Shown one piece after another: positions 33,766-45,966 of a stretch of 64,000 bases of DNA; positions within the stretch are counted from its first letter, which is position 1; every line of letters starts with the position of its first letter. Source of the DNA: TPA_inf: Saccharomyces. Taxonomy: Eukaryota. A model generated the notes under the pieces. The model did no database searches and had not been told where the DNA came from. It saw only the letters and a program-made list of their open reading frames with translations. The stretch is from NCBI GenBank assembly GCA_000146045.2, contig BK006938.2:32001-96000 (forward strand). Direction: 5' to 3'. Position numbers and translations under genes: made by a program.

Positions 33766-34492
33766 GATTGACCTTATAGATATATACGAGAAGAAAATAA
33801 AAAGCAAACATTATTTGCAATCTTTCTTTCGCAAGATAAAGTACCAAAATCTTTCCATGTTATGTTCTCAGTGAAGTTGAGTAGAGCGGAGAGGAGCCCT
33901 CCCCAAAAAAATGAATACAAAATATCTGTGATGGATTTTTGAATTCACGCTTCCTTCAATAACCTTCGCCAAGAAAGTCTAGAATTGTTTTATATTCTTT
34001 ACATAAAAGTAAGTAAATCAACTTTAAAAAACTTTAAGGGCGAAAATGAAAAAAAAAAAATGTAAAAGTGAAAAAAGGGACGGCGAAGCGATGCCCTGCC
34101 AGTCTTACTAATCCAGAGGGCTAAAAGCATGTTTACAGTGTATTTCCAGTCATAGGAGAGTATTGACCTGGCATGGAAAAAGAAACGCACAATGAGAAAG
34201 GGGATATATACCCTTAAATTGACGATAGTTAAGGAGATTTTGAGGTTTGTGTTACTAATAAACCAGTAAGCATACTCGTTGATGACTTTAACGTATATTT
34301 GGTTTCCAAGGGATATTGAAACCGTATCTTAAGGGATGACGATGGTTGGTTAACATTCCCTAAAAGACAACGTATAAAAAGGTTCAACAAAGCGTCCGTT
34401 ACCATTATGCTTTGATGTTCTCAGTACGAAAGTTTACGGTTTTTTTTTTCAATTGAGGAACATAAACCAAATAGATATATTATATCAACGTT

Positions 34493-35446
34493 ATGAAACG
34501 AGTTACTGGAGTTTTCTTAACACTTTTGAGATTTTCTCAATTTGCATCATCGGTTTTGGTGATGTCACTTTTGGCGTATGCCATCCACGCCTATGGAAAT
34601 AGAGGTAATAAGAAAACCAACTTCACATTGGCAACAGGTGTCATTAGTGTGTTTTATCTGATTGCCTTAGGTATTTTGTGTCTGGCCCTACCCACATTGA
34701 TCTACATAGGAATGTACTTCTGTGCCGAATTGATCGTTTGTATGCTATGGCTAGCAGCTTTCGTTGTTCTTGCCAAAGCTCAAGGTGAACGTAGCTGTAG
34801 CAACACTAATGCAGACGGATTATACTATAATCCGTACAGTGGCCAATATACTGCTGACAGTCATAGAAGAGCATGTAATTCTTCTCAGGCGGCAATCGCC
34901 TTTTCTGGCCTTTGCTTTGTACTGTTTTTGATCAGTGTGATATTACTGGGAATTAATGTCTTAACACCTATCAGGAAGCGTTATCAAACCCAAGGAATGT
35001 GGAGAAGCGGCGCTTCTATGGGTACAAAGCTCCATAGGTGGAGCGGACTAGCTTTAAGCGAGCCTTTTGAAGAAACAGCTGCTTACGATAACACCAATGT
35101 TAGGACCGGTGATGTCGAAGCAGGTGCAGGTGATAATGCTGCTTACACATCTGAACCGAATGGCGACGCACGCTATGCAACTAATGACCCCAATGGGCAG
35201 TACCATACTACCACCACCAACACACGTTACACCACAACAACAGCGGACCCTAAGACGCGTTACACCACCAACGATCGTAATCCTGGTTCTGCGAATGTCG
35301 CTAACAGTGCAGTGGACCAGCACGCTTACTCTACGGATGAGTCAGGTGATCGGTCTTATCAAGAAAAGGTCACAGAAGGAGCTCACTCTGGCGCTATGAG
35401 TGGTAGCACTGCAGAACCAAACAGGAACGTCAATCAAATGCCATAA
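34493..35446 (+). CDS. Uncharacterised 4-TM membrane protein with a Thr/Tyr/Asn-rich C-terminal tail (YDL218W)
   Basis: 317-aa ORF with ATG at 34493. Four hydrophobic helices in the first ~160 aa, then a low-complexity tail (TTTNTRYTTTTADPKTRYTTNDRNPG). Confidence 0.85.
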   Translation: MKRVTGVFLTLLRFSQFASSVLVMSLLAYAIHAYGNRGNKKTNFTLATGVISVFYLIALGILCLALPTLIYIGMYFCAELIVCMLWLAAFVVLAKAQGERSCSNTNADGLYYNPYSGQYTADSHRRACNSSQAAIAFSGLCFVLFLISVILLGINVLTPIRKRYQTQGMWRSGASMGTKLHRWSGLALSEPFEETAAYDNTNVRTGDVEAGAGDNAAYTSEPNGDARYATNDPNGQYHTTTTNTRYTTTTADPKTRYTTNDRNPGSANVANSAVDQHAYSTDESGDRSYQEKVTEGAHSGAMSGSTAEPNRNVNQMP

Positions 35447-35982
35447 ATTCAATGATTTCCTTTTTGTTCGTCTATACCCTTCACATACTTTTTCTTTTTC
35501 TTTTTCTTTTCTTTGCTTAACGATTTGAATTGCTCCTGTTCTAATAATGGCGTCGTCTTTTAGAAAATCCTTATCAGGTGTGAATAATGCTTAATTTTTT
35601 TTATATATAATGATTTACTTTTATTACTTCTTATTTTTATATTTTCCTCTGTCAAATATGTGACTGAAATCTTCCAATTTATTAATATTAAAGTGTGACT
35701 ATCACTTGAGTTTAGCGACAGTCTCTAACGCCTCGAATTCATCGACATGGGAAAATTGGAAAGGGTATCGTTTTTACACTTCCCATTTTCTTCCAGCAAA
35801 AATGATCGGCCCAGAGTCTAGTTAAAGCATGATTAATTCTCCCAGGGAATTTTTTTGCTTTACTAGTAACAGTAGTTCTGGAAATTATTAAGCGTTCTTA
35901 AATTCTGGGACGGTCGTGCAGAATATTAAGATAGGTGATATTTACAAATATAAAACATTCATCGTTCGTCGAAATTGGCTAT

Positions 35983-36606
35983 TCATTCTTTAAAATCGTT
36001 TTGAGGTGGTCTACCATCCTCACTTTTCATATACAAATCAATTGCAGCTGAAAAGGCAGCAAACCCGGCACCACCCATTAAGGCAGCTTGTGGTCCAGCT
36101 TTGTATGCCAGCCCAGCACCGGTAAAAAACCCTGCGGTTACTCCGTTGTAAATATCATTTTTAGCTCTAAGTGACTCTATGACACACTCCACCCCAGCAT
36201 ATATCATACCAATGTAGCCAAAATTCTTAGCACTAGAGTAGGATTTTTTACCCATATCGGTAAATTGAAGTTTCATTTGCTGCCGGAAAGGTAAATCAGA
36301 TATTTGCTGAACTGTTCTTGATATTCCACCCACACCTATATTTCCCGCAGTTGCAGTTGCTGCTGTATTTGCAGGTGTAGGTGTATGAAGAGGTGTATCA
36401 TATGCCATTGACGCCATGAACAGGCCTAAAACACCACCCAGTGCAAACCCTGTTACACCACTCACAACTGATTTTCCAGGACAGGAAGTCATGAAGTTCA
36501 TGATCATTTCAGCACCCCGTTCACCCTGTTCTTCCGGAGTTAGTTCATTATAAGGTTTCTTTTGAGCTGGACTTATCTGCTCCAAACCAAATCCTGTGTA
36601 CACCAT
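35983..36606 (-). CDS. TIM22: Mitochondrial inner-membrane carrier translocase subunit (YDL217C)
   Basis: 207-aa ORF with ATG confirmed at 36606. Tim17/22/23-family Gly-zipper helices (GFALGGVLG, GAGFAAFSAA). Confidence 0.93.
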   Translation of the reverse strand: MVYTGFGLEQISPAQKKPYNELTPEEQGERGAEMIMNFMTSCPGKSVVSGVTGFALGGVLGLFMASMAYDTPLHTPTPANTAATATAGNIGVGGISRTVQQISDLPFRQQMKLQFTDMGKKSYSSAKNFGYIGMIYAGVECVIESLRAKNDIYNGVTAGFFTGAGLAYKAGPQAALMGGAGFAAFSAAIDLYMKSEDGRPPQNDFKE

Positions 36607-36996
36607 CTTCGTATAAAGTATTTAAAATCACAATTTCTTGATCTTATTTGGCAGCTATCTCTACTATCCCGTTTAGTACTATCCCGTTTAGTAGTGACAG
36701 AAAAATAGTATTTTGTCCTGAAAAGCTTCGGATTTTATATGTACGAAATGGATCCGAGGAAATGCTGTCTGTTTTATTAGAGAATTAAGTTGACTGATGC
36801 ATCGTCTTTCTCTTCAGTTGTAAGCTCGATGCCATTTTATCAGTAAGACCAAAAACCAACACATAACGGCGTACGAAAATATCAAATTGTCACCCGGTAT
36901 AGATATACTTATAGAGATTCAAGAAGGAATAACTATTAAAAGTACGTTGCAGATAAACATAAGCTATTGCAGCGTCATTGGAGCAACGTTAGGAAT

Positions 36997-38319
36997 TCAT
37001 AATGTAAAGGTGTCCTTGTAAAAACGTAACCGCTCATATTGTTTTATCTTTGACGCAAGTATTCGATTTTTTGCTCTTGCATAATCTGTCTCCAAGACAT
37101 TTCTCTGTAACATATCATTGCCCTCATCATGACATCTTTCCTGATTGCTGTTCATGCGTTTTTTAGAATTGTGAAAATTGTCGGTAGACCTGCTGCTTCT
37201 TTCCACGCGATTTACATGAATGCTCGGTTCGCCGTTTATGCACAGACTAGTGTCAGTACTGTCGAACTCGGTAAGGTTTCTATCTTCCATATCTACGTCA
37301 CTAGTATTATCACCTGAAAACATGCTTCCAAAGGAGCTTGTTTCAGTGCTATCCCCCCTTTGCGTATTGAGGCAGAACTGAGACCTTGTTGAACGGTTTT
37401 GATAGTCAATGTTTTTTTTATTTTCGTTGCTAACACGTTCACTGGTAGTAGCCAACTTAATCCTTGTTCTAACATTTTTGGAATCCATCAAATAGCTATA
37501 CTGCTTCATTGAATCGATCAATCTATTTAATGATATTTGTTCTGACTCATCATCCTCTATTACGCAATGTAAGTTTAACTTTGTTTCAAATAGCGCTCGG
37601 TTCAATTCTGAATCAAATATGATTGTTTCTAGTTCATAGTATGAAGTGGCACTATTATCATCACTTTTACTTTCTATTGTCCTAAATGCACCCATTCTTA
37701 AAATTTTATCTTCCAGACTTTTCAAGGGATCGACCACAATTGCGACATATGGATCTTGGAATCTCTGGTTCAAATCCTGGGTTTGGATATCTATATTACT
37801 TAACCAACAGTCGTAACCAGGATGTGAATGGAACCAGCCAACAACATTCAGTTTAGCGCCCTTGTAATCTCGCCCATCACCACCGTCATTATGATTATAC
37901 ATCTCGTCGATATATTGAACCATATATTCGTATGACTCCAATTGTGCATTTACGCGAGTTTCTGTCCCTACTACGGGAAGATTGAAACAATCCATTACAA
38001 CAATATTATCTTTTAATGTGAACCCCATTAATATGCCCATGATTTCAATATTTCCTCCACGAACTGCATAATGGGTGATCTTTTCACATGATAATTTTGA
38101 TATAAGTACGTGGGTGTAACTCGGAATATCTGTACTACTTTGTTGTTTTAGTTTAGTTTTGAGCAAGGAAGATTGGCTTAGCGCATGAAATTCAGGTTCT
38201 TGCGACGGCTTGAATCGCATACTTGATAGCGCTATAGATTCAGTTAGTTCATCTTCCACGGTGTACCTTTCCTTTAGTAGTTGTCGTAATTCCTTTACAG
38301 TCTTATTTGAAAGTGACAT
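36997..38319 (-). CDS. RRI1: COP9 signalosome catalytic subunit Csn5, JAMM metalloprotease (YDL216C)
   Basis: JAMM motif [17 protein letters not shown]. The ATG at 38319 gives 440 aa starting [13 protein letters not shown], which is the length I recall. A further in-frame ATG 15 codons upstream, at 38364, would give 455 aa. Confidence 0.85.
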   Translation of the reverse strand: MSLSNKTVKELRQLLKERYTVEDELTESIALSSMRFKPSQEPEFHALSQSSLLKTKLKQQSSTDIPSYTHVLISKLSCEKITHYAVRGGNIEIMGILMGFTLKDNIVVMDCFNLPVVGTETRVNAQLESYEYMVQYIDEMYNHNDGGDGRDYKGAKLNVVGWFHSHPGYDCWLSNIDIQTQDLNQRFQDPYVAIVVDPLKSLEDKILRMGAFRTIESKSDDNSATSYYELETIIFDSELNRALFETKLNLHCVIEDDESEQISLNRLIDSMKQYSYLMDSKNVRTRIKLATTSERVSNENKKNIDYQNRSTRSQFCLNTQRGDSTETSSFGSMFSGDNTSDVDMEDRNLTEFDSTDTSLCINGEPSIHVNRVERSSRSTDNFHNSKKRMNSNQERCHDEGNDMLQRNVLETDYARAKNRILASKIKQYERLRFYKDTFTL

Positions 38320-38639
38320 GCTGCCTCCTGCAGTTTTTATTGATTTTCGATCGTTGTTATTCATTTTTAGTTTATTTGAAAAACCCTTTAATAAGAGCGC
38401 TTCCTGCGTAGCGCGCCTTTCCTAAAGTTTCAGCTGAAGCATGGCTCCCTGAGGAGAACTGCCTAGTATAATGGATAACTCGAAGGAAAAAATATCAAAT
38501 GCTTTTTTTAGATTAAAAATAATGGACATATAAACAACTTTACTTAGTACACAATAAAACGCTGAGAAGAACATACACATATGTTTAATTTTCTTTTCTG
38601 ACGGCAGAACTAATTTATACAAAACAATTTTATTGAAGC

Positions 38640-41600
38640 TCAAGCACTTGCCTCCGCTTCTCTTTTTAACCCACCAATAAATTCCAAGAATTTTCCAATG
38701 TTAACATCGATACCGTTCTGGTAAACAAAAGTGCTTGATAAGTAACTCGACAGAAGAACTTTCAAATAGCTCTCTGGAATGTTTTCCAATACGGACTGAG
38801 GCCCAGCAACATCAATCAGAATTTTTGGAATTATTTTATCCAACAATAGGTAGTTTCTTAATTTTAGATCATTGAGCCACAACTCTTGAGAAGCAACTAG
38901 ATCGTCGTTCAATTTGTTTATAGTGAAGGACAATTGGTTTGAAATTTCTGAAATGTGGGTTCCATTTAGTTGATTCAAATTCCATAACTGACCAAACTCT
39001 AATTCAGCATTTTTCTGAATTCTTGACTGCACTTCTACAACGTACGACTTGTACAACGCAGACCTCTCACCACTAACATCTCCAATAAATTTGTGCACGA
39101 AGTCGTTATCGTTAAGCGCTAGTGAGGCCAACACTTCCATTGATGAAGATGTGACACCACCTTTGTTTGCAGAAGCATCTTTGAACAGAATACAGCCATG
39201 TTCCTCCAAAGCATTTTTAGCAGGTTGCGTTATAAATAGATTGGCACCCTCCACAATATATGGAATTTTACATTTCCCAGTCTTTTCGTCAACAAAATAA
39301 TGTAGATTATTTAGAGTAATTGAGTTTGGTCTACCACCGCATGGAACAAAAATGTCGACATGATCCACAAATTTGAAAATTTGAGTATGAAAGGTGTTTC
39401 TGAAGGTTGTGCCGTTAGCTACAATTGTACCATTTGGTAGCATGATATCCATTGCATCCACAGAAACAAAAAATCCGTTGTTTGATAATTTGGAAGTGTC
39501 GAAATCGGAAATCATTTTCCTTTCATGTGCCAAGCGGCATAATTCATCTTTATCTAAACCTTTAGGATCACACAGGACACCTGAACCGTCCAGAATTGCC
39601 AAATAACATTCGTTTGGCGAAGATAAAAGAATTTCATTGGATCCCAAATCACCATCCGGACCACCAGTTTGGAATTTGTAAACAGTAGAATTTGTCAAGT
39701 TTAAAGTTTCGTAAATTTTATTAACATAAGCACGAACACCCAGAGAAGTCATACCATATTCGTCATGGGGAATACCACCCAAAGATGGGGATTTTCCAGT
39801 CAAAAATGATTTCCACCATGGGCAGTTCCTCACACGAGCATGGTTAGTTGCCCAATCCACGAAACCAGCAGTTCCTTCATCTGGGCCAAAAAATAATATT
39901 TCCTCCTTTGGTAAAAGGTTGACATAGTTTTCCTTTAATGGATCGTTGATTAGAATGTCAATCATTGCATCCACATATTGGGAAAAGGCGACAAATGTCT
40001 GGTCATGTTCTACCAATCCTGGGTTCAATAAGATGACACCTTTAGAGCCACCCTCTGGAATATCCTTATTTTTACGTTGCTGAGTAGAGGCCAATTGATA
40101 GTTCTCATCAATAACGTTCTTGGAATTCAAATCATAAATATCCTGATTCCTGGAACAGACTATACGAATACCGCCCCTTGCGATATCTCTGAACCTGATA
40201 TGGAACCCTTTGAAAGTATTACCAACGACAAAAAATATACCATAGGGTGTCTCTGGATATTCGAATTTTGTCATCACCAGGGAAGGATCTAATCTGAATG
40301 ATATTGCTACTTTTCTTGTAATAAAGAAATTTGTCTTCAAAATAGACTTGTTGAAGATGTTCAGTGTTTTCAGGATCAACAAATCAGGTGAATCATTTGG
40401 AATGAATTTATTCAAGTAAGCTTCGAACTCTTGGTCATTCTTAAAAGGCTCCACTTTTTCCAGTCTTTGAAAAGATAATGTCTTCTCCATATCTTTAGTA
40501 CTATTATGATAATAGTGAATTTGAGCAAAATTTTTATACAACTTGGAAATTATAGTGTAATGCTTCGACATGATGTTGATAATAGTTTGCTGAGTTAAGG
40601 TTTCATTTCTTAACTTTCTTTTTAGGTTTTCTACAATCTCCAAAAGAGTAGTATCATTACGCTTAATGGTGATTTGAGATAAAAGGTTTTGATAATCAGA
40701 GCCTAAACGATTAACAAAATGGTTAATGAATATAGCACCAATATGAGCATATATAGCTTCTTTGGGCGAGAATTGACGTCTCTGGTAAACCTCATGGAAA
40801 GAATTGTTTGGGATAGCGTATAGCAATGAAGCTTCTCTTTCAACCTGTTTCAATGCTGCCTCCACATCGTGAAGTAGAACATCTTCCAATTGCTGGTTCT
40901 CGTTCAAATAAACGGAAAAGATAATGATGTCATCATCCTTAACATTAAACGACTCTAAATAGAACTTAGAAGGTTTCAACTTGTAATAGTGGAACAAAGA
41001 GTTCAAAGCAGAGTAATAACGCTTAGTGGTGAATCGCTTGTAAGCGACTAATAACCTAATTTCATCCTTATTTTCTACGGAGCGAGTAGTCTTAATGACA
41101 GGACCTTCTCTTTCTTTAACCAACTTAAGTAAGAGACCGTATAGTTTTTTATTTTCGTTCGACGAAACTTTGTACATGGTCTTATCACTAATCGATTCAA
41201 TATCACCTTTCAGCAAATCCTGAGAGGAAATATCTACGCCGGCTGGATCATCATTAGGGTAAACACTCTCATAAACAAAAGTTAGCTTTAATTCGCTTTC
41301 TGGAGCCCAAAAAGAAACTAATCTGCAGTTTTTTTGAGACTTGTTATCCAGGAAAAGGTCATCAATTTCGGAATCTAATTCATAAGGTGGACAAGAATCA
41401 TCCATTTCAATCCTATTTTTTTTGATGGTATCCTTACCATGCTCCAAAGTATCGTTTCCGACGGCGTCACTAGCAAATTTAAAGTTTTTTTGCTGAGAAT
41501 CGCTTATGCTGACACCAGTATTAGATTCCATAAAGATGGCATGATTATCATTAGTTATAATTTTGTTTTTAATGCTGAATAGCCTTGGCTGAATTCCGTT

Positions 41601-41918
41601 GAATTTGGACTTCGCAAAGAAATCTAGCTTTGAAGCATACAAAGAATGTATGATATTCGAGATTAATTGGGGAGATTCTCTCGAGAAGAACAAATCGTCA
41701 ATACCCAATGAGTTATAAAACCAATCTACTTCTTGTTCGATCAAATCGTCGGGAATAAACCCTTGCTGATCTAGCAAATCTATCACTTCCTCTCTCTGCA
41801 GGTCCTTACCGGGAAAATCAAACACGTGATAGTCCGACATGGATGATATTGATAAAGAAGCAATATCTGGTGTGTTCAGTGAGTTTAAAGCACCGCGATT
41901 TTTGTTATCAAAAAGCAT
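38640..41918 (-). CDS. GDH2: NAD-dependent glutamate dehydrogenase (YDL215C)
   Basis: 1092-aa ORF with ATG confirmed at 41918. Large NAD-GDH family. Recognised as Gdh2. Confidence 0.95.
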   Translation of the reverse strand: MLFDNKNRGALNSLNTPDIASLSISSMSDYHVFDFPGKDLQREEVIDLLDQQGFIPDDLIEQEVDWFYNSLGIDDLFFSRESPQLISNIIHSLYASKLDFFAKSKFNGIQPRLFSIKNKIITNDNHAIFMESNTGVSISDSQQKNFKFASDAVGNDTLEHGKDTIKKNRIEMDDSCPPYELDSEIDDLFLDNKSQKNCRLVSFWAPESELKLTFVYESVYPNDDPAGVDISSQDLLKGDIESISDKTMYKVSSNENKKLYGLLLKLVKEREGPVIKTTRSVENKDEIRLLVAYKRFTTKRYYSALNSLFHYYKLKPSKFYLESFNVKDDDIIIFSVYLNENQQLEDVLLHDVEAALKQVEREASLLYAIPNNSFHEVYQRRQFSPKEAIYAHIGAIFINHFVNRLGSDYQNLLSQITIKRNDTTLLEIVENLKRKLRNETLTQQTIINIMSKHYTIISKLYKNFAQIHYYHNSTKDMEKTLSFQRLEKVEPFKNDQEFEAYLNKFIPNDSPDLLILKTLNIFNKSILKTNFFITRKVAISFRLDPSLVMTKFEYPETPYGIFFVVGNTFKGFHIRFRDIARGGIRIVCSRNQDIYDLNSKNVIDENYQLASTQQRKNKDIPEGGSKGVILLNPGLVEHDQTFVAFSQYVDAMIDILINDPLKENYVNLLPKEEILFFGPDEGTAGFVDWATNHARVRNCPWWKSFLTGKSPSLGGIPHDEYGMTSLGVRAYVNKIYETLNLTNSTVYKFQTGGPDGDLGSNEILLSSPNECYLAILDGSGVLCDPKGLDKDELCRLAHERKMISDFDTSKLSNNGFFVSVDAMDIMLPNGTIVANGTTFRNTFHTQIFKFVDHVDIFVPCGGRPNSITLNNLHYFVDEKTGKCKIPYIVEGANLFITQPAKNALEEHGCILFKDASANKGGVTSSSMEVLASLALNDNDFVHKFIGDVSGERSALYKSYVVEVQSRIQKNAELEFGQLWNLNQLNGTHISEISNQLSFTINKLNDDLVASQELWLNDLKLRNYLLLDKIIPKILIDVAGPQSVLENIPESYLKVLLSSYLSSTFVYQNGIDVNIGKFLEFIGGLKREAEASA

Positions 41919-42445
41919 TCTTTATTCTTTTTATTGTTGTGAATTTAATATCCTTGTTTTGTATGTTTTGTTGAGATCGTGACAATCACAAAAAGGATTA
42001 TACCAAAAGGTAATGTATTTTTTAGAAACCGGTTGTTCTTATATAACAAGAATTCTGACTAAACAGCAGCAATGAGTAAACGCTTGTCAGTGTTGATGTC
42101 GACAGTATAACTTTTGTTATTGTTATTGATGCCGCCGTTGACTCGTAGTTACTTGTCCTACTCAACTATTAATGTGTATTTTTACCCCAATTGCTCCTTG
42201 TTGTGGCACGCCGTCAGGCAGTATTAAATTCGGTCCTGCGGAATCGCCGCACACATAGCCGCCAGATGGGTAACCCTTTTCAAGCGGACTTGGTTTTCCG
42301 ACGGTAAATAAATAAATAAATGACAGATTAGATTAGATATAGTCGTATTTTCACGTATATGTACCTATGGTTACAGTGCTGTAAGTATTACTTGCGTAAG
42401 TAAAAGCTGGAGCATATGGCCAGTATGACATTGCTATTCTTCCAG

Positions 42446-44545
42446 TTACGTTCGCTGATGCAGGCCGCCAATGTGGGCGTATCGTTGATCGATGTTTGTA
42501 TGTATGTGATTACCTTTGTTTATTATTCGAAGCGATGCCTCATTTGGGCTTGCCGCGCCCACAACTTGACACGTTTCTATTTCTTTGATCCAGCCATCTT
42601 GTAATATTCCGTTTATGGTAATTCTTCTGAAAGGTGAAACTTCCAGTATACGCCTCATTATTTTGTGAGTTTCTTCTGGTAGTCTGTGCAGAATGAAATT
42701 GGGACCCATATCAATGACTCCTTCTTCGTAGCCATCATTATCATAATTATTGCTGTCATCGGTAGCAGGCCGTGTCACAAGATCTTTAAAAGATGACACA
42801 CCTCTTCCGGAACAAAATGCCTTGAATTGAACATCTTTCACTTTGGGATATTTCCAAGGAAATCTTCTCGTTATCATACAAAAGAATATTATCCCCACGG
42901 ACCAAACGTCAAGTGCTCTTGGATCGTACTCATTGAAATAAAAGACTTCGGGTGACAAGTAGGGGTCGCTACCAACAATTCCATTTGCTTCAATCATCTG
43001 TGAAGACAATGGATAGTGGAAGACACTGGAAGCGCCAAAATCAATCAATTTCAAGATTCCCCTTCGTGTTACAACGCAGTTGTCTAGCTTCAAATCACGA
43101 TGAGAGAGACCGATGTCGTGCAAATATTTTACGCCGTTGATCAGCTGTTTAAAAAGACAGCATATTTCCTCGTAATGCATCTTTTCACTCATAACCAAAG
43201 AAAATAAATCATATTCGCAATACTCGAGAATTTGGAAAATTTTACCTTTCTCATACAGTATTTCCAATGTTTCACAAATATTTGGGTTCTTCAATGTGGA
43301 GGCAATACAATATTCAGAAATTATGTTCTTGATGTATTTTCTCTCAGATTCCCTTTTTTTCTTTGACCTGTATTCCTTTAATGCAAAAACTTTATTATCC
43401 AGGACCCTTTGGACCAGTTTCACTTTACCACCAGAACCTTCGCCGAGAACAACGTCGAGATCTCTATATTTCCTGGAAACCAAGTCAGTGGATGCTTCAA
43501 TATTACTATATAAAGCCTGAATAATCTGATCTCTATCGCTGTCTTCATTCTCGATCATGAGAGAGAATGATCCAGTTGAGACTGGCGAAGAAGTTGTTTC
43601 CTTCAATGATGATGATATAGCGCAATCATCTGCAACTGTGCTTTCCTGGTGATCGCATGAGTTACTGTTGTTATTGCTAAAAGACGTTATTTTGAAGAGC
43701 CTTTTGATACTTGACAATGACGTAGTATAGGAGTGTTTTCTTATATGGGCCGTGCTTTCAGTGTCCTCGATATGTCTTGTATTTACTTGCACTGCTTCTG
43801 AATACGTGTCGTCGAGAGGATTCGTGGACAGTGAAGAGACCGAATCTTCTAGAGAATATACACGAGTAGTGAACATCCTCTCTTCCTCATAAACATTATA
43901 TTCATGTTCTGTGGAGGTGCATGCAATCTCATCACATGTCGCCGTGGCTGTCGTGACTGGAATATTGTGACCGATAGTATTAGAAGAATTGTTGTTATGC
44001 TTGTTATCACTGATATCATTCGCTAGATTTTTTTTGGTACTACTGCTGTTTTTCTTTGATGTAAAGAAAATTAATTTGCCATAACTTTTGGGTAAACTTA
44101 ACGAGTTTGAGAAAGATGACGTAAAATCGGTAGAATTTTTCCTCAATCTTCCTTTAGGAACAATAAATCTTGCTTCAACCTTACTGACCATGGGAGAGGA
44201 AATAATATTAGAGTCGATTTTAGATATGTTTTCGGGCATCTTCGTGTCAATTTTCTCCATCCAGGAAGTGGTCAGCTTTTGCACGTCCGTGTTTTCATCA
44301 TCCCGGGAAGATGCAGTAAAGTCTGTCCGAGGTACACTATCTGCAACAGGGAGAGAAGAAAAAACGGAATCATATGATTTATTTAGCGCCTCACCCGTCT
44401 TAGCAGCCATATTCACACCAACACTAGTGGGATCGCCTAACGAGACGGAATATGCCCAATTATCGGAATAGGCGTGTTCTGCAGTCAAGGAAGCTGTAGT
44501 TTTGTTATTTCTCTGATTATATCGCAGGATTCTAGACAACGACAT
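42446..44545 (-). CDS. PRR2: Ser/Thr protein kinase, pheromone-response regulator (YDL214C)
   Basis: The track ORF begins at a GTG at 44548. The first ATG, at 44545, gives 699 aa. C-terminal kinase domain (GEGSGGKV ... HRDLKLDN ... DFG). Confidence 0.9.
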   Translation of the reverse strand: MSLSRILRYNQRNNKTTASLTAEHAYSDNWAYSVSLGDPTSVGVNMAAKTGEALNKSYDSVFSSLPVADSVPRTDFTASSRDDENTDVQKLTTSWMEKIDTKMPENISKIDSNIISSPMVSKVEARFIVPKGRLRKNSTDFTSSFSNSLSLPKSYGKLIFFTSKKNSSSTKKNLANDISDNKHNNNSSNTIGHNIPVTTATATCDEIACTSTEHEYNVYEEERMFTTRVYSLEDSVSSLSTNPLDDTYSEAVQVNTRHIEDTESTAHIRKHSYTTSLSSIKRLFKITSFSNNNSNSCDHQESTVADDCAISSSLKETTSSPVSTGSFSLMIENEDSDRDQIIQALYSNIEASTDLVSRKYRDLDVVLGEGSGGKVKLVQRVLDNKVFALKEYRSKKKRESERKYIKNIISEYCIASTLKNPNICETLEILYEKGKIFQILEYCEYDLFSLVMSEKMHYEEICCLFKQLINGVKYLHDIGLSHRDLKLDNCVVTRRGILKLIDFGASSVFHYPLSSQMIEANGIVGSDPYLSPEVFYFNEYDPRALDVWSVGIIFFCMITRRFPWKYPKVKDVQFKAFCSGRGVSSFKDLVTRPATDDSNNYDNDGYEEGVIDMGPNFILHRLPEETHKIMRRILEVSPFRRITINGILQDGWIKEIETCQVVGAASPNEASLRIINKGNHIHTNIDQRYAHIGGLHQRT

Positions 44546-45288
44546 CACTCCGTATGATAAGTAAAAGGATTACGTACGCTATTGTGAACGTTTTTGCAAT
44601 CTATCTAGTTTTTCCTATTAACTTTTTTCTTTTCAAAAATTCATAAAGGCAAGGAAATATGTTCCGATTGACAATAAGTTCAGTGAGTGAATGAATGTTA
44701 ATGAAAAGAATTCAATTTCCAGATTTTCGTATTTATTTTTTTTTTTTGCACCTTTCCTTATTGTGTGACCACAGCCGAAGGTGACGAAGGGATGGAGACT
44801 AGCCAAAGAGAGCCGGCTGTTAGACAAAAAAAAAAGCGGAGATTGTTTAACGGATACGTCTTAATAAGCAATCCGGCAGCACCGAGAATGTTTTTACCCT
44901 CTGTCCTTTTTCTTGGCGTTCCTATAATTCAAATAACCCCCAATATGCTAACAGCCGTAACCTTAAATGTTAGACATGTTACCCCTGTACGTCATTGCGG
45001 GGGGAGTGCATTGATTAAGGGGTAGTAGTAAAAATTCCCACCGGACTTGAAGTGCGGAAAAGTAGCTCCGATTTGGGGAAAAAAAAGTACCAGCCGTCTC
45101 GTCTTTCATGATAAAGTGAAATAGAGCAGCGGTAATAATGCGGCGCTATTGCTTCCGGAAGAGTTTACGTATTGGGCATCTTTGCCATTTCTTTTTTTGG
45201 CAGTAGCATGATTCTGCACGATTATTTATGTTTTTCCCTTTATTTTCTTTTTGTCTAAGATACATGGCGTATAAAATTAAATTTGTAC

Positions 45289-45966
45289 TCATTTAAGTAG
45301 TTTGGCTCTATCAGGATGAATTCCTGCAGGAACAGGCTTGTTGTCTGTTCCAGAGGTTTGAGCTGCAGTGGCGGTAGTTTTGGCGATTTTCTTTTGGTTG
45401 CCGTCGTTAATCATCTTTGTCAACCTCTCTTTACGTTCTTCATCCAACTTGATGTTTTTGTTTTTCAATTTTTCTAGACGCTCTTGACTGTTACCACCTC
45501 CGCCAACAGTTAGCTCGACATTGATCTTCTTCTCTTTCAGTAAGGTCCCATGTTGTAATAAGGCAATGTCCATACGTCTTTGAATGCCGGTGCGATCTTT
45601 GTCAGCATCGAATTCCAAAAATGCAATACCTTTGTCAGCTCTGAGGCGGATCTGGTCGGGTGAACTATTTTTAAAATGGTTTTGCAATTCAACAGCAGTG
45701 ATGTCTCTAGGTAAGCTACCGACAAAGACAATAAATCTGTTGCCCTTTTTACCATTTTTGCCCTTACCACCACGGCCTCTACGTGTTTTTCTTTTTTTCT
45801 TCACGGGTTCTTCACCATCATTTCCGGCTGCACTGTTGGGTCTTTTTCCTTCTGGTGCTTGCTCTTTTTTTACGTCTTTCTCTTGATCTTTTTCCTCCTT
45901 ACTTTTTCTAAACTGCTGAGCTTTGAGCTGCTTCTTGGTCAACTTTTTATCTTCCTCGGACCCCAT
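45289..45966 (-). CDS. NOP6: Nucleolar RRM protein involved in rRNA processing (YDL213C)
   Basis: The track ORF extends to a TTG at 45987. The first ATG, at 45966, gives 225 aa starting MGSEEDKKLTKKQ. Lys-rich, with one RRM (FIVFVGSLP...GIAFLEF). Confidence 0.9.
   Translation of the reverse strand: MGSEEDKKLTKKQLKAQQFRKSKEEKDQEKDVKKEQAPEGKRPNSAAGNDGEEPVKKKRKTRRGRGGKGKNGKKGNRFIVFVGSLPRDITAVELQNHFKNSSPDQIRLRADKGIAFLEFDADKDRTGIQRRMDIALLQHGTLLKEKKINVELTVGGGGNSQERLEKLKNKNIKLDEERKERLTKMINDGNQKKIAKTTATAAQTSGTDNKPVPAGIHPDRAKLLK

Noticed and set aside
42180-42300. Considered whether the GC-rich block upstream of GDH2 hides a tRNA or other small RNA gene
   Set aside because: I could not find a cloverleaf or A-box/B-box (TRGCNNAGY / GGTTCGANTCC) arrangement. 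It is retained only as a possible regulatory element.
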